Assembly (NCBI GenBank): GCA_963723995.1
Contig: CAVRSZ010000007.1
Coordinates: 557,580-621,579, forward strand
Length of the DNA stretch: 64,000 nt
Reading direction: 5' to 3'
From: an uncultured Acidimicrobiales bacterium
Lineage (GTDB): Bacteria > Actinomycetota > Acidimicrobiia > Acidimicrobiales > SZUA-35
Below are positions 1-9,663 of the stretch, one piece after another (the stretch's first letter is position 1; each line of letters starts with the position of its first letter). Made by a program: the position numbers and the translations under genes. The notes beneath the pieces were generated by a model. It was not told the origin of the DNA. It did no database searches and saw only the letters and a list, made by a program, of their open reading frames with translations.

Positions 1-4
1 GCGC

Positions 5-718
5 GTGCTGACCAGCTACCTCGGACGTATGCGGGCTCAGCGTTTCTGGGGAGGGATCGTCGGCGTACTGTTCGCCGTGGTCTTTGGCATTCGGTGGGAC
101 GGCTCAGTACATCTGGGCATCGGTGACGGTCACCCGCTTGCCGACGTTCTGTATTGCGGGCTCGCAGGTGTGGTGGTGGGCGGCCTTTCGGCCGAGAGCT
201 TCCGACTGAGCGAACCCCGCTCGACAATCGTGGCCGCCTCACTCGAACCACGACAACTCGAGGTGCCTGCCGTGAGACAACGAGCCAGATTGCTGGCTGG
301 TGTCACCTGTGTATGGGCCATGGTGCAGACCGTTGTCTGGAGCAGATGGACACCGTTGCTCGTGGCCACGGCCGGGCTGGCATTGGCCGGTATCGGCGAG
401 GCCACCCACCGGGCCATCGAGACTCGTCGCCGTCCGCTGTTGTCCGATGAGGCGCTGGCCGTCGACCGTCATCTTCGTCGGTTTGCGGTGTTGAATTCGG
501 CCCGTCTGCAACTGTCGGCCGCCTACCTCACCGCGGGCTGGGTGGTGAGCAAGAGTTCGTGGGACTTCGTCCCTGAGGCCCTTGCGCCGATTCAAGCCGC
601 CACCTCCGTTCTCATCGTGTTCGGCTGCCTGTTCTGGTCGGTTCGCCAGCTTCGTCGATCCGCCCCGCGGCCTCCTCGAAGCTGGAAACCACCGGTCACC
701 GAAGGAGCGGCTCCGTGA
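5..718 (+). CDS. hypothetical integral membrane protein
   Basis: 237-aa ORF with several hydrophobic segments (GGIVGVLFAVVFGI, TPLLVATAGLALAGIG, SVLIVFGCLFW). Its stop overlaps the GTG start of the next gene (GTGA at 715-718). The true start could lie left of the window. Confidence 0.45.
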   Translation: MLTSYLGRMRAQRFWGGIVGVLFAVVFGIRWDGSVHLGIGDGHPLADVLYCGLAGVVVGGLSAESFRLSEPRSTIVAASLEPRQLEVPAVRQRARLLAGVTCVWAMVQTVVWSRWTPLLVATAGLALAGIGEATHRAIETRRRPLLSDEALAVDRHLRRFAVLNSARLQLSAAYLTAGWVVSKSSWDFVPEALAPIQAATSVLIVFGCLFWSVRQLRRSAPRPPRSWKPPVTEGAAP

Positions 719-1080
719 TCGTCCAGATCGACCATGCCTCGGCCGTCCCCATCTTCGAACAGCTGCGACAGCAGTTCGTGCGACTCATCGCCTCCGGCCA
801 GCTGACCGCCGGGGACCTCCTTCCTCCCATGCGCCACCTGGCCTCCGACCTGGACATCGCCCGGGGAACCGTGAGCAAGGTCTACGAAGCGCTGGTCCGC
901 GACGGATACGTCGAGACCAACGGCCGCCACGGCACGATGGTGCTGGCCCAGGCCGATCCGACGGTCACCCAGGGAGATCTGGCCGCCGCGGCCGACACGG
1001 TGGCCGTGGTGGCAACCCAGCTCGGCCTCGATCGGCCGGCCGCCCACCAGGCGCTGGACGAAGCCTTTGCACGACTGTGA
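715..1080 (+). CDS. GntR-family transcriptional regulator (short, winged-HTH only)
   Basis: 121 aa. N-terminal PIFEQLRQQFVRLIASGQLTAGDLLPPMRHLASDLDIARGTVSKVYEALVRDGYV is the classic GntR winged-helix signature. Confidence 0.8.
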   Translation: MIVQIDHASAVPIFEQLRQQFVRLIASGQLTAGDLLPPMRHLASDLDIARGTVSKVYEALVRDGYVETNGRHGTMVLAQADPTVTQGDLAAAADTVAVVATQLGLDRPAAHQALDEAFARL

Positions 1081-1302
1081 ACAGGTAGCGCATAGGCCGC
1101 CAAACCTCCGAGTCTTCCACGTCGCACGCCGTGCGTGGGCTCCAGGCGACCCGGTGCGTCGCGGTGATGAGGCCCGGTCACCCTATGCTGGCGGTCCGGG
1201 GAGCCGACGACGCATGCGCAACTCGGCGCCGATGACACGCCAGCGTCACGCGCCGCTGACCGGCTCCGAGGGAGGAGACAGCGAAGATGAGAGAAGCTTC
1301 TC

Positions 1303-1857
1303 GTGTCGATGGGGGTCGTGGGCATTGTTCTCGCCGCCTGCGGCGGCGACGACGGCAGCGAGTCCAGCTCGACCGATGTGGTCCCCGACGCTGACGCCGG
1401 TTCCGACAACGGGCCCGCCGATGCTTCGGCCGGTGATGGTTCAGCCAACGCTGTGGTCAACGCAGCACCACCCGGTCAGGCCACGGCGTCGGTCGACGGA
1501 CTCGATCTGTCCTTCGAGCTGCCCGGTGCCCTCGACTGTTCGATCTCCGACGATGCAATAACGTTCTCGTACCGGGTCGGGGACAATGAGATCACCCTGG
1601 GCGCCGGTGCCAATCGCGTCGACGACGGCTGGATGGGAAGCATCGCCTTGAGCGTTGCCAATCCGGACACGGAGCCCGGGCCGATCGGCTACTACCCGGC
1701 CCCGGGCGTGAACGGAGTCGTCGACGAGTCGCTGTTCGCAATCGACGGCGCAAGCATGTCGTATGTGGGCCCGATGCTGAAACAGCCGGCCAACGACGGC
1801 AGCAATCCCTCACCGGTCGATGTCGGCATCGGTACGATCAGCGCCACCTGCGGATAA
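1303..1857 (+). CDS. putative lipoprotein
   Basis: N-terminus MSMGVVGIVLAACGGDDG (hydrophobic core plus LAAC lipobox), then an acidic low-complexity linker and a small domain. Confidence 0.55.
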   Translation: MSMGVVGIVLAACGGDDGSESSSTDVVPDADAGSDNGPADASAGDGSANAVVNAAPPGQATASVDGLDLSFELPGALDCSISDDAITFSYRVGDNEITLGAGANRVDDGWMGSIALSVANPDTEPGPIGYYPAPGVNGVVDESLFAIDGASMSYVGPMLKQPANDGSNPSPVDVGIGTISATCG

Positions 1858-1935
1858 GGCGCCAACCGACGCAGTGCCGATGGGGACACTCCGGCGGTGA
1901 TCGCCGGCCCACTGGACGCCGGGATCCGGCAGGAC

Positions 1936-3021
1936 TCAAGGCACTTCGCCTCGGCCCCGATCCGCGTTCGGCAGGGAATCCGGGGCGAAGAAACCCGTGT
2001 CGGTGAGCTCTCGAAACAGCATGCGGCCGATCGCCACCAGCGGCGCGGCCAGAATCATGCCGACGACACCCACCAGCAGACCGCCGGTCACCGTGGCGAA
2101 CAGCACGACAAGGGGATGTAGCGCCAAACTGGACCCGAGCAGGGCGGGCTCCAGCAGGTTCTCCAAACCGACGCTGATGCCGATGGCCGCAACCAACATG
2201 AAGACCGCAAGACCGATCCCCCCGACCGAGAGGGCCATCAGGACAGCGAACGCTCCCCCGATGAACCCTCCGATGTAGGGCACGTAGGCGCCGAGGAAGT
2301 TGACAATGCCGATGGTGAACGCCAGCGGCACGCCGGCAACGGCGGCCACAATGCCCAAGGCGGCGCCCTGGACGACGGCGAGGATCGTTCGGCCCTTCAC
2401 GTAGGAACGAATGCTGCCGGCGGCGTCGAGGAGAATCCGATCGAGTCGACCGTCGCTCTCGCCACCCAGCTTACGGCTGATTGTCTCGGCCAGCTTTGGC
2501 CCGTCCTTCAGTAGGTAGTACAGCACCACGGCGGCGAGAACGGTGCCGGACACGAAGCCTCCGGCCGTGCCGATGGCCGAGCCGACCGTCGAACCGAGAC
2601 CGTCCCGAAGGAAGGAGCCCGATCCCTGGGCGCCGTCGAGGACCGTTTCCACGATGTCGGTGAGGGCGCTTTGCTCGAGGAGGTCCTCGACTTGGGACAC
2701 GACATCGGCGAAACGCTCCCGCAGGTTTTCCTGTTGATCGACGATGCCGACAACCACGGCGCCGATGGCAACGGTGACGACGGCGGTGATCAACAGCAGG
2801 ATGATGAGGGCGCCGACCGCCCGCGGTACACGACGCTGTGCAAGCCATCCCACCGCCGGTGAGAAGACGACGGCAAGGAAGCCGCTGAGGACGACGGGAA
2901 TCACGACCTCGCGGACGGCGCCGAGCCCCACGACAACCAGACCAACCGCCAGAACGGTACCGACAAAGGCCCAGCTGATCGTCGATATCGTCCGCACCCA
3001 TGTCGGTACCTGCGGCGCCAT
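1936..3021 (-). CDS. AI-2E family transporter (PerM/UPF0118-like)
   Basis: 361 aa and polytopic. The length, the TM layout and the C-terminal block GAYVPYIGGFIGGAFAVLMAL...LLEPALLG are typical of the AI-2E family. Confidence 0.75.
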   Translation of the reverse strand: MAPQVPTWVRTISTISWAFVGTVLAVGLVVVGLGAVREVVIPVVLSGFLAVVFSPAVGWLAQRRVPRAVGALIILLLITAVVTVAIGAVVVGIVDQQENLRERFADVVSQVEDLLEQSALTDIVETVLDGAQGSGSFLRDGLGSTVGSAIGTAGGFVSGTVLAAVVLYYLLKDGPKLAETISRKLGGESDGRLDRILLDAAGSIRSYVKGRTILAVVQGAALGIVAAVAGVPLAFTIGIVNFLGAYVPYIGGFIGGAFAVLMALSVGGIGLAVFMLVAAIGISVGLENLLEPALLGSSLALHPLVVLFATVTGGLLVGVVGMILAAPLVAIGRMLFRELTDTGFFAPDSLPNADRGRGEVP

Positions 3022-3205
3022 CTAGCTGATTCCCGGGGCCGGTCGAGATCTCGTTGCCGCCGGTCCGATGAAGGCTGGAAATCGAAGGGTCAAGTACACG
3101 AAGCGGCCCTCCCGTCGGTGTCATCGGCTCGGTCGGTGGTGTGGGGCGAACAATGATTGAGCCTTAGCTTAGTTTCGCTTGGTGGCTTGTATGTTCACGA
3201 TCAAG

Positions 3206-3593
3206 TCAAGTTTCGGTCCGGCCCACCGACTGGACCTCAGCCATTGCGTAGCCCAGTAGTCGTCGCGATCGGAGATCGATCACGGTGGCCAGATACAGCC
3301 AGCCCTGGTCGGTTGGGATGTAGGAGATATCGTCGGACCCAGGCGACATCGGGTTCACCGGGAGCGAAGTTGCGTTGGACCAGATCCGGCAACGGTGGGG
3401 CCTCGTCGACTCCCCGACATCGAGCCCATCGGCCACGCTCTTGATCGACCGGCCACCTCGATGACCATCCGAACCACCTCAGCTTTGAACTCAGCAGTGA
3501 ACGAACGACGAGTCCTAGGCGCCGGTCGTGAATCAATGATTGACATATCTACCTCCTAATCGAGGTGACCGGCCAACAGGGGGAGGCCCAGTT
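3206..3593 (-). mobile_element. IS3-family insertion sequence relic (orfA N-terminus plus orfB core fragment, 3-prime half lost)
   Basis: AGGAGG RBS, then ATG at 3546. orfA residues are RRSFTAEFKAEVVRMV and VADGLDVGEST. orfB pieces DLVQRNFAPGEPDVAWV and DISYIPTDQGWLYLATVIDLRSRRLLGYAMA are spread over three frames. The relic ends near 3206. Confidence 0.75.
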
Positions 3594-3631
3594 GGGGTCT
3601 GACGAGGATCGGTGCAGGATCCTGAACGACG
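3594..3631 (+). repeat. Tn3-family terminal inverted repeat (left)
   Basis: GGGGTCTGACGAGGATCGGTGCAGGATCCTGAACGACG. Matches the reverse complement of 8859-8896 at 31 of the first 32 nt. Confidence 0.8.
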
Positions 3632-3766
3632 TTGGGTGGTCAGCGACGACCGTCACCCACCGCTCGGGCGGGATTATCGCTCGGTCGGCCCAGGCCAGTA
3701 CGCCGGGACTGTTGCGCCTAGATTCGGTCTCGAATTGCGAGCGAGTGCCCAGGCAAAGCGGGCAAA

Positions 3767-4562
3767 ATGGGCCCCGTGGTCGCCAGCAGGCTCGACGGTC
3801 AGGTCGCTTACGTGACGGGAGCCAGCCGTGGTATAGGCCAGTTCGTTGCAAGCCAATTGGCCAACGCTGGTGCCACGGTCGTAGGCATCGCGCGATCGAT
3901 CGAGAGTCTGACAGGTGGGGGTCGAGCGTGCGGATGTCAGCGACCCGGAACAGATCGGATCTGCCTTCGAACGAGCCATCGACAGGGTCGGTCCCCCAGA
4001 CCTCGTCCTGACGTTCGCTGAGGTCGCTGAAGCACTCGGGCCGATCCACACCGTCGACGTGGATCAATGGTGGCGAGCGGTTGAGATCGACCTACGTGGA
4101 ACGATGCTCACCGTCCGCGAAGCGCTCAAGACCATGCTTCCCGTCGGCGCCGGTCGTGTGGTGACGGTCTACGGCAACCTCGGCGACCGCCAAGGCACGA
4201 ACGTGTCAGCCTTCGCCGGTGCGAAAGCTGGGATCGCCAGGTTGACGGAGATGGCAGCAGCCGAAGTGGCTGGGACCGGGGTCGTTGTTCTCGGTATCCA
4301 CCCCGGTTTCGTCCGCACCCCAATGACCGAGGCACTAGCGTTTAGCGAGGCAGGTACTACCTGGCTCCCATCATTTGGCGCCCGGGCCGAGGATCGATGG
4401 GGTGGAGCCGAGGCTGCTGCCGGCCTCGTTCTCCGAGTCGCATCCGGTGAAGCCGATGAACTATCGGGACGCATTCTGAGGGTCAACGACGACATCGCCC
4501 GCTTGGTCGACCAGTCGAACGAGAACTCGGACCACCGCCGACTTCGTCTCGATTTGGACTAG
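3767..4562 (+). pseudogene. short-chain dehydrogenase/reductase (SDR), frameshifted
   Basis: N-terminal Rossmann motif VTGASRGIG is in ORF 3767-4021. The rest (ADVSDPEQI...VVTVYGNLG...NVSAFAGAKAG...IHPGFVRTPM) is in ORF 3915-4562, in another frame. The junction lies at a G-run near 3914-3922. The usual catalytic Tyr position reads Phe (SAFAGAK). Confidence 0.7.
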
Positions 4563-4847
4563 TGCAACTGTCCGGCTCACTACCTTGGTGCAGGAAAATG
4601 TTCGGCTGGGCCGGCTGAGTCGGACTTGTCCTGGTTTGGCCTCGATCGCGTTCAGGCCGCGGTTGGCGTACCACCAGGCGGCAAGCCACGCCCCGAACGA
4701 CAAGAACCCAATAGGGAGTCCGAATCGATCACCCATCCACACTGAGCTTGAGAGCGCCGTCGATGCCAGGGCGGCGCCGAGGACAACGAGCACGAGTGGA
4801 ACGACGAATCTCGGGACGACTCGTCGTCTGTCGAGAAGCGGCCCCAC
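4461..4847 (-). CDS. hypothetical small membrane protein (doubtful)
   Basis: 128-aa ORF with two hydrophobic stretches. It overlaps the SDR 3-prime end on the opposite strand and abuts the TnpA fragment, so it may be non-coding. Confidence 0.2.
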   Translation of the reverse strand: MGPLLDRRRVVPRFVVPLVLVVLGAALASTALSSSVWMGDRFGLPIGFLSFGAWLAAWWYANRGLNAIEAKPGQVRLSRPSRTFSCTKVVSRTVALVQIETKSAVVRVLVRLVDQAGDVVVDPQNASR

Positions 4848-5437
4848 AGCCGGTAGCCGAGGAGTTCGGTGAACGCGAACCGGATTTCGGGTTGGCCATG
4901 GCTGTCGACGTAGTTGGCGTCAACCTCAAGGCTGGACTGATGTCGTAGGAGTCCCTCGATCATGGCGGCGACTTCTGACGTGGAGCATGACTTGAATTGG
5001 CTGTGGACGCAGAGCGCCTTACGGTCGACGTGCCAGTAGATCATGACACCGGGGCCTCGGTGGCGGGTATGCCATTCGGTGAGCGAGTTCTGGTCCCACG
5101 CTCCGGACTTGGTTGAGTCCGAGGCGGTAGTTGTCGCTCCGCCCCAGAGGCTCTACTGGCGGGTATCGAGAGTTGTGTCGATGACTGCAGTGATAGCGCT
5201 CCGCAAGTTGGAGGGGGTCAGATAGCGACGTCGCACGTAGTGCAGGTCGGATTCGGTTGCAGGGTCGTTGGCTGCTATACGGCGGATCCCGGTGTTGGTC
5301 CGAAAAGACCCTACCCAGGTGGCCCCATACCGTAGCTTCCGCCGCGACACCCCTGCTAGCGGTACCCGGTCACGGCGGGCCGCCTTGGGCGGACTCAGGA
5401 CCTTCGCCACTGTCGTTCGACCAAGCCGAGTGCTCAA
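4847..5437 (-). pseudogene. Tn3-family transposase (TnpA) C-terminal fragment
   Basis: My translation reads HYVRRRYLTPSNLRSAITAVIDTTLDTRQ(stop)[102 protein letters not shown]. This is the conserved DDE-Tnp-Tn3 region. There is an in-frame stop near 5150, and both the N-terminal ~700 aa and the C-terminal tail are missing. Confidence 0.8.
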
Positions 5438-5466
5438 CTGGCATTGTGGGCGTCGGAGTGAACGAC

Positions 5467-6405
5467 ATGATATGTATGCGTGGCTTGCTGGCGGTTGTCA
5501 TCCTCACCGCTGCGCTGGCGGCTGGATGCGGCGAGGGGGGCGCACCGTCGGCAACGGACACGGCGGATCCGACCCCACCTGCGCTCTCCGTCTCGGACCC
5601 GCTCCCCGGGGCGTGGGTCACGACGGCCTCCTACACGTTCACAGGCACCACGGAGGCCGGCGCTGATGTGGTGGCCGCCGATCGCTATCCGGCGGAGGTC
5701 GACCCTGATGGAGGTTGGAGGGTCGTCTTAGTGCTCCAGCCAGGCCGCAACGTCGTTTCGTTCACAGCGATCGACAATGCAGGCAACGAGACTGTTCGCG
5801 ACCTCACTGTCTTCTATGAGATTCCGATGGCGGAACTCATCGTGGGCTCGTGGATCGGCGAGGTGGCCGTCCCACGTGGTTGGTCACCGATAGCCGATTT
5901 CTGGGTCGAGTTCCGAGCCGACGGCTCGTACTCTGCCGATGCGGCCGGGGGAGAGCCGCCGTTCTCCTTCGGCTACCCGAATGATGACTATCCGCAGAAG
6001 GTCTTCGGTGTGGACGGATATTATCCTGACGGCCAACCGGGATCGGGGTGGATCGAGATCGTGTGGGATGACGAGGGTTCGGTCACGACGACGCGAGGAT
6101 CCCTCGAGAACATCTCGTTCTCCGAGGGCGGCGATCGACTGCATTTCGAATTCTGGGCCACCTGGGGTGGCCGTTTCGGTCCTTTCGTAAATGACCTTCG
6201 ACGTGGTCCCCGGCCGCCGCAAACCACCTCGACGACCGCAGTGACATCGTCAACAACCGCTACAACACCACCACCGCCATCGTCAACCACGCTGCCAACG
6301 ACCACGACACCGACAACGTCAACCGCCCCGACATCGTCAATGACACCCACCTCGGAGGCCACCATCACCACCCCGGTGGCAACTTCGATCATACCCCAGC
6401 CCTGA
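5467..6405 (+). CDS. lipoprotein with Thr/Pro-rich C-terminal tail
   Basis: Internal start MICMRGLLAVVILTAALAAGCGEGG (lipobox LAAGC). C-terminus is TTSTTAVTSSTTATTPPPPSSTTLPTTTTPTTSTAPTSS. Confidence 0.6.
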   Translation: MICMRGLLAVVILTAALAAGCGEGGAPSATDTADPTPPALSVSDPLPGAWVTTASYTFTGTTEAGADVVAADRYPAEVDPDGGWRVVLVLQPGRNVVSFTAIDNAGNETVRDLTVFYEIPMAELIVGSWIGEVAVPRGWSPIADFWVEFRADGSYSADAAGGEPPFSFGYPNDDYPQKVFGVDGYYPDGQPGSGWIEIVWDDEGSVTTTRGSLENISFSEGGDRLHFEFWATWGGRFGPFVNDLRRGPRPPQTTSTTAVTSSTTATTPPPPSSTTLPTTTTPTTSTAPTSSMTPTSEATITTPVATSIIPQP

Positions 6406-6915
6406 CCCACATGGCCCCAACCAGCTACGTCGCATCAGTCTGTATCGACGTTACGATTCCACCACCCACCGCCAGCACCGCCCAGTGGACGAGCAGCTGT
6501 CGGGAGGATCAAGTGACGATCCGTTCCACGCGGCCGTCGTTCTCTCTCAACCCAGGACCAAGCCATGTCGCCGAACGTGGCGACTCATCGCATCGCCGCC
6601 TTGAACCAACGTCGCCAGCCGAGCAGGTGCCCGGCAAGGCCCAATGGCCCGCCTCCCTCGGGAGGCGGCCCTTTCACCTGCGAATGGCGACCTGGATTGT
6701 GGGTTGTCCTAGGTGGGCGGCTATGGTCACGTGGCTCTCAGCTGGTGCTCAGTCGACCTGCCGACTGGGCTTTGCCGGCGAACCACCTTGGCACGGTGTG
6801 GCGTCGCACGCTCGCCGTGAGACCTAAGCTAAGCGTCCGGCGAGGGGCGGTGAGGACCTTGGGCCCTGCCTACCGGACGGGCCAGAGTCGCATGATACGG
6901 GGTAGGAGCTTGAAC

Positions 6916-7773
6916 ATGCGCTGTTGCCGCACGGTCTTGGTGGTCTTGGCCTTGGTGTTGACGGTCGGTGCTTGCGGGGCGGACGACAGCTCGATCGCCG
7001 GCCCGACAATCTCCCAGTCAGCCGCCACCACCTCCGAGTCGCTTGCGTCGATGGACACGACGTCCACGGTCGGGACGGGAACGGGGCCCCCGACGACCAG
7101 GCCGCCGGCCGGTACCGGGGCTGAGGACGACGGCGGGCAATCGACGAGCTCGCAGCCGGCTACCTCGGCAACGCCGACACCTACGAGTGAGATCTCGACG
7201 ACTTCGACGACTGCTGGGGGCACGGCCTCGACGGCGGCGACCATGACGACCATTTCGTTCCAGCTCATACTGAGGCCTGACGGTCTCGGCGATCTCGAAT
7301 TCGGCGAACCGACCGATTCGGCGATGCAGGTCCTTGTCGATCTCTTAGGTCCGCCGGATCCTGGCCAAGAATACCCGTACGGCGGTCATCCCCTCCGCCA
7401 TGTGTACTGGGAGAATGTCGGTCTGGCTGTTGTCTTCAGCGACTACGACTTCTACCGCGATGACGGTGAAGAGCATTTCGCCGCATGGGCCCACAGCCTG
7501 TACATCGGTGACCTGGCGGGATGGGATCACGGTCCCGCTTCGCTGCCCCTCGAGACGGTCGAGGGCATCGGCATCGACTCCACGTTGGCCGACATTCAAA
7601 CGGTTTATGGCGACCAAGTACAACTGGAAGCCGAGTGCGACCCGGGCGGCCCTCCCACTGCAGCTTACGTACGCGGTCAGATCTCATCCATTCGCTTCCA
7701 TTTCCGGGACGTGCCGCTCGAGCCCACCTCACGCATCGGCAGCATGGGTGCCGGAGCAGGACCCGGTTGCTAG
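6916..7773 (+). CDS. lipoprotein with Ser/Thr-rich linker
   Basis: Internal start MRCCRTVLVVLALVLTVGACGADD (lipobox), then a long S/T/P-rich linker and a ~170-aa globular domain. Confidence 0.6.
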   Translation: MRCCRTVLVVLALVLTVGACGADDSSIAGPTISQSAATTSESLASMDTTSTVGTGTGPPTTRPPAGTGAEDDGGQSTSSQPATSATPTPTSEISTTSTTAGGTASTAATMTTISFQLILRPDGLGDLEFGEPTDSAMQVLVDLLGPPDPGQEYPYGGHPLRHVYWENVGLAVVFSDYDFYRDDGEEHFAAWAHSLYIGDLAGWDHGPASLPLETVEGIGIDSTLADIQTVYGDQVQLEAECDPGGPPTAAYVRGQISSIRFHFRDVPLEPTSRIGSMGAGAGPGC

Positions 7774-8041
7774 CCAATCTCATCGTGTTCCACTATCACG
7801 CTGACAGCGATCGGATAGCCCCTGAAGGGGTGGACGTAGAAACGGAACGAAACGCGTCGGTCGTGAACACGGTGCGTGGCCTTGGGAATCACAGCTCTGG
7901 ACGAACCGCCGTGATTATCGCGTGGCGTGACCACGAGAGAACGCCGGTGATGCGTGGTGCCGGCTCCGGCGATCTGATGGAGCGTCACCCTTGCCGATCT
8001 CTGTTGACATTCGTATTCGATGCAGTAGTAGCGTTGTTGAC

Positions 8042-8497
8042 GTGACAATCCTGGAAGTGGTGCGATCCGTCGAGATCGAACGGGACGCCGAGGTGGTGCG
8101 TCGCCAGTTCGGTGACGTTGCGCACCATGCGGCTACGGGCGTCCACCAGGGCGTTGCGTTCGAGGTGATCGAAGACGACGGGGTCCGCTGCTACTACCGA
8201 CAGGTCACGACTGTCGGTCCACTGAAGCTCCGGCAAGAGGTCGAGCTCGATCGCACTGAGAACGGTCCTCTGGTCAACCGAATCGTGGCAGGTCAGTTCA
8301 CTGGTGGCGCGATCACGTTCGACGTCGAATCGCTCGGTGAGGGTAGATCGGTCGTCGAGGCCCGACTGACAGCGTCCATCTCGCGTGTCATGCGAATAGC
8401 GGCTCCGATCCTTCGGGCACAGGTCGGCAAGCAGCTGGCGGTGGCACTTCTTGAGGACAAGGCAGACCTAGAGGCCGGAGCCTACGGCCAGGCTTAG
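8042..8497 (+). CDS. SRPBCC-superfamily (polyketide cyclase/START-like) protein
   Basis: ~150 aa. The pattern VVRSVEIERDAEVV...QFGDVAHH...VIEDDG...QEVELDRTENGPLVNRIVAGQFTGGAITFDVESLGEGRSVVEARL is typical of this fold. Start is uncertain (GTG at 8042 or 8057). Confidence 0.55.
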   Translation: MTILEVVRSVEIERDAEVVRRQFGDVAHHAATGVHQGVAFEVIEDDGVRCYYRQVTTVGPLKLRQEVELDRTENGPLVNRIVAGQFTGGAITFDVESLGEGRSVVEARLTASISRVMRIAAPILRAQVGKQLAVALLEDKADLEAGAYGQA

Positions 8498-8858
8498 CAG
8501 GCGGCGCCACACCCGAGCACTGGTACGTATAGGACCGCGAGTCGCACCTCATCTTGGCCGGTTCGGACTGTCACCCATGGTTGCACCGGCCCCTCCGATA
8601 CCGGCACTTACTCCGTGCGGACAACCCACCGCTCTCCGTAGTGGCCGGACCGGCCGAGAGTACCGAATACGGTCCTTTTTGGTACTCCTCCGCCAGCACC
8701 CAGAATCCGGCCGAAACCGAGTACCAAAACCCCGTTCAGAATCAAAGTTCCAAAACTTCGCATGGCTACCGTTTTTGAAACGGTCGCCCCTGCACGCCCC
8801 CGGAGTTCAACGGCAAACAGAACGGCGAGCTTCGTCGACCAGGCCGTGCTGGGCCGCT

Positions 8859-8896
8859 ACCGACTCAGGATCCTGCACCGATCCTCGTCACACCCC
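8859..8896 (-). repeat. Tn3-family terminal inverted repeat (right)
   Basis: The reverse complement reads GGGGTGTGACGAGGATCGGTGCAGGATCCTGAGTCGGT. Confidence 0.8.
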
Positions 8897-9067
8897 CAGT
8901 TCGGGTTCAGGTTCGAGGGCTGGTTTGTCGGCGAGTCACGCCTCCACACGACGACGGTTCCGGCCCGGTCAGACGCCCACACCCCACCGAACATGCACCG
9001 ACAGGTTTAACTACAAATAGTAATCTACTTGGTTGTGTATAGAACATGTGTTTGCTATAGTGAACAC

Positions 9068-9582
9068 ATGACCGACGGCGGGTTGCCACCACAACCACAC
9101 AGCGACGATCTGACGCTGATGGAGACCGCTCTCGATGCGATGGTGGCAACCGACCCCGCCTGCCTTCCTGTGGCCGAGCTGCTGGACCGAGCCTGTCGAC
9201 TACAGAAACTGTCAGCCAGGATCGACGCCGCCCGAGCCGCGGTGTTGGCGGCCGCCGACACCGCCTTTGAGGCACCGGGCGTGCTGAGAGAGCTCGGGTT
9301 CAGAACTGCGTCGCAGGTTGTGGCCGCCGAAACCGGGGCACCGGCCCGGGAGATCCACACCACCGCCCGCACCGGGCGATGGCTCGATGAGTTCCCGATC
9401 TTCGCCCAAGCGGCCGCTGAGGGGGTGTTGACCCTGCGGCACCTGCGAGAGTTGAAAAGCTTGGACACACCCGACCGGCGAGACGCCCTGGTTGTGTCCC
9501 AGGACGAGTTGGTGGCTGCTGCTCGGGATCATGACTTTGCGGAGTTCACCAACCGCCTCACCGTGTGGTTGATCAACCACAC
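9068..9582 (+). pseudogene. DUF222/HNH endonuclease gene, 5-prime half (interrupted by IS21 element)
   Basis: MTDGGLPP...ELLDRACRLQKLSARIDAARAAVLAAAD...REIHTTARTGRWLDEFPIFAQAAAEGVLTLRHLRELKSL is the DUF222 domain of 13E12-type HNH endonucleases. The native reading ends at the IS21 end (9583). Confidence 0.75.
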
Positions 9583-9663
9583 TGTGAGCGCTCAGGAGAA
9601 TCGGTGATTGATGCTCAGCGAAAGTCGCGTTGGCGGCTTGGGGCTGGCTCGGTGTTGGTGATG

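Larger units (their letters stand above)
3594..8896. mobile_element. Tn3-family transposon, non-autonomous/decayed (5.3 kb)
   Basis: 38-bp terminal inverted repeats open with GGGGTCTGACG. A 5-bp direct repeat CAGTT flanks both ends (3589-3593 and 8897-8901). An internal Tn3-type TnpA fragment is present. Confidence 0.8.

Noticed and set aside
7770-8048. 92-aa minus-strand ORF (and overlapping 174-aa plus-strand ORF) between the lipoprotein and SRPBCC genes
   Set aside because: It has no motif and weak third-position GC bias. The region contains TTGACA-like promoter hexamers for the SRPBCC gene, so I left it unannotated.
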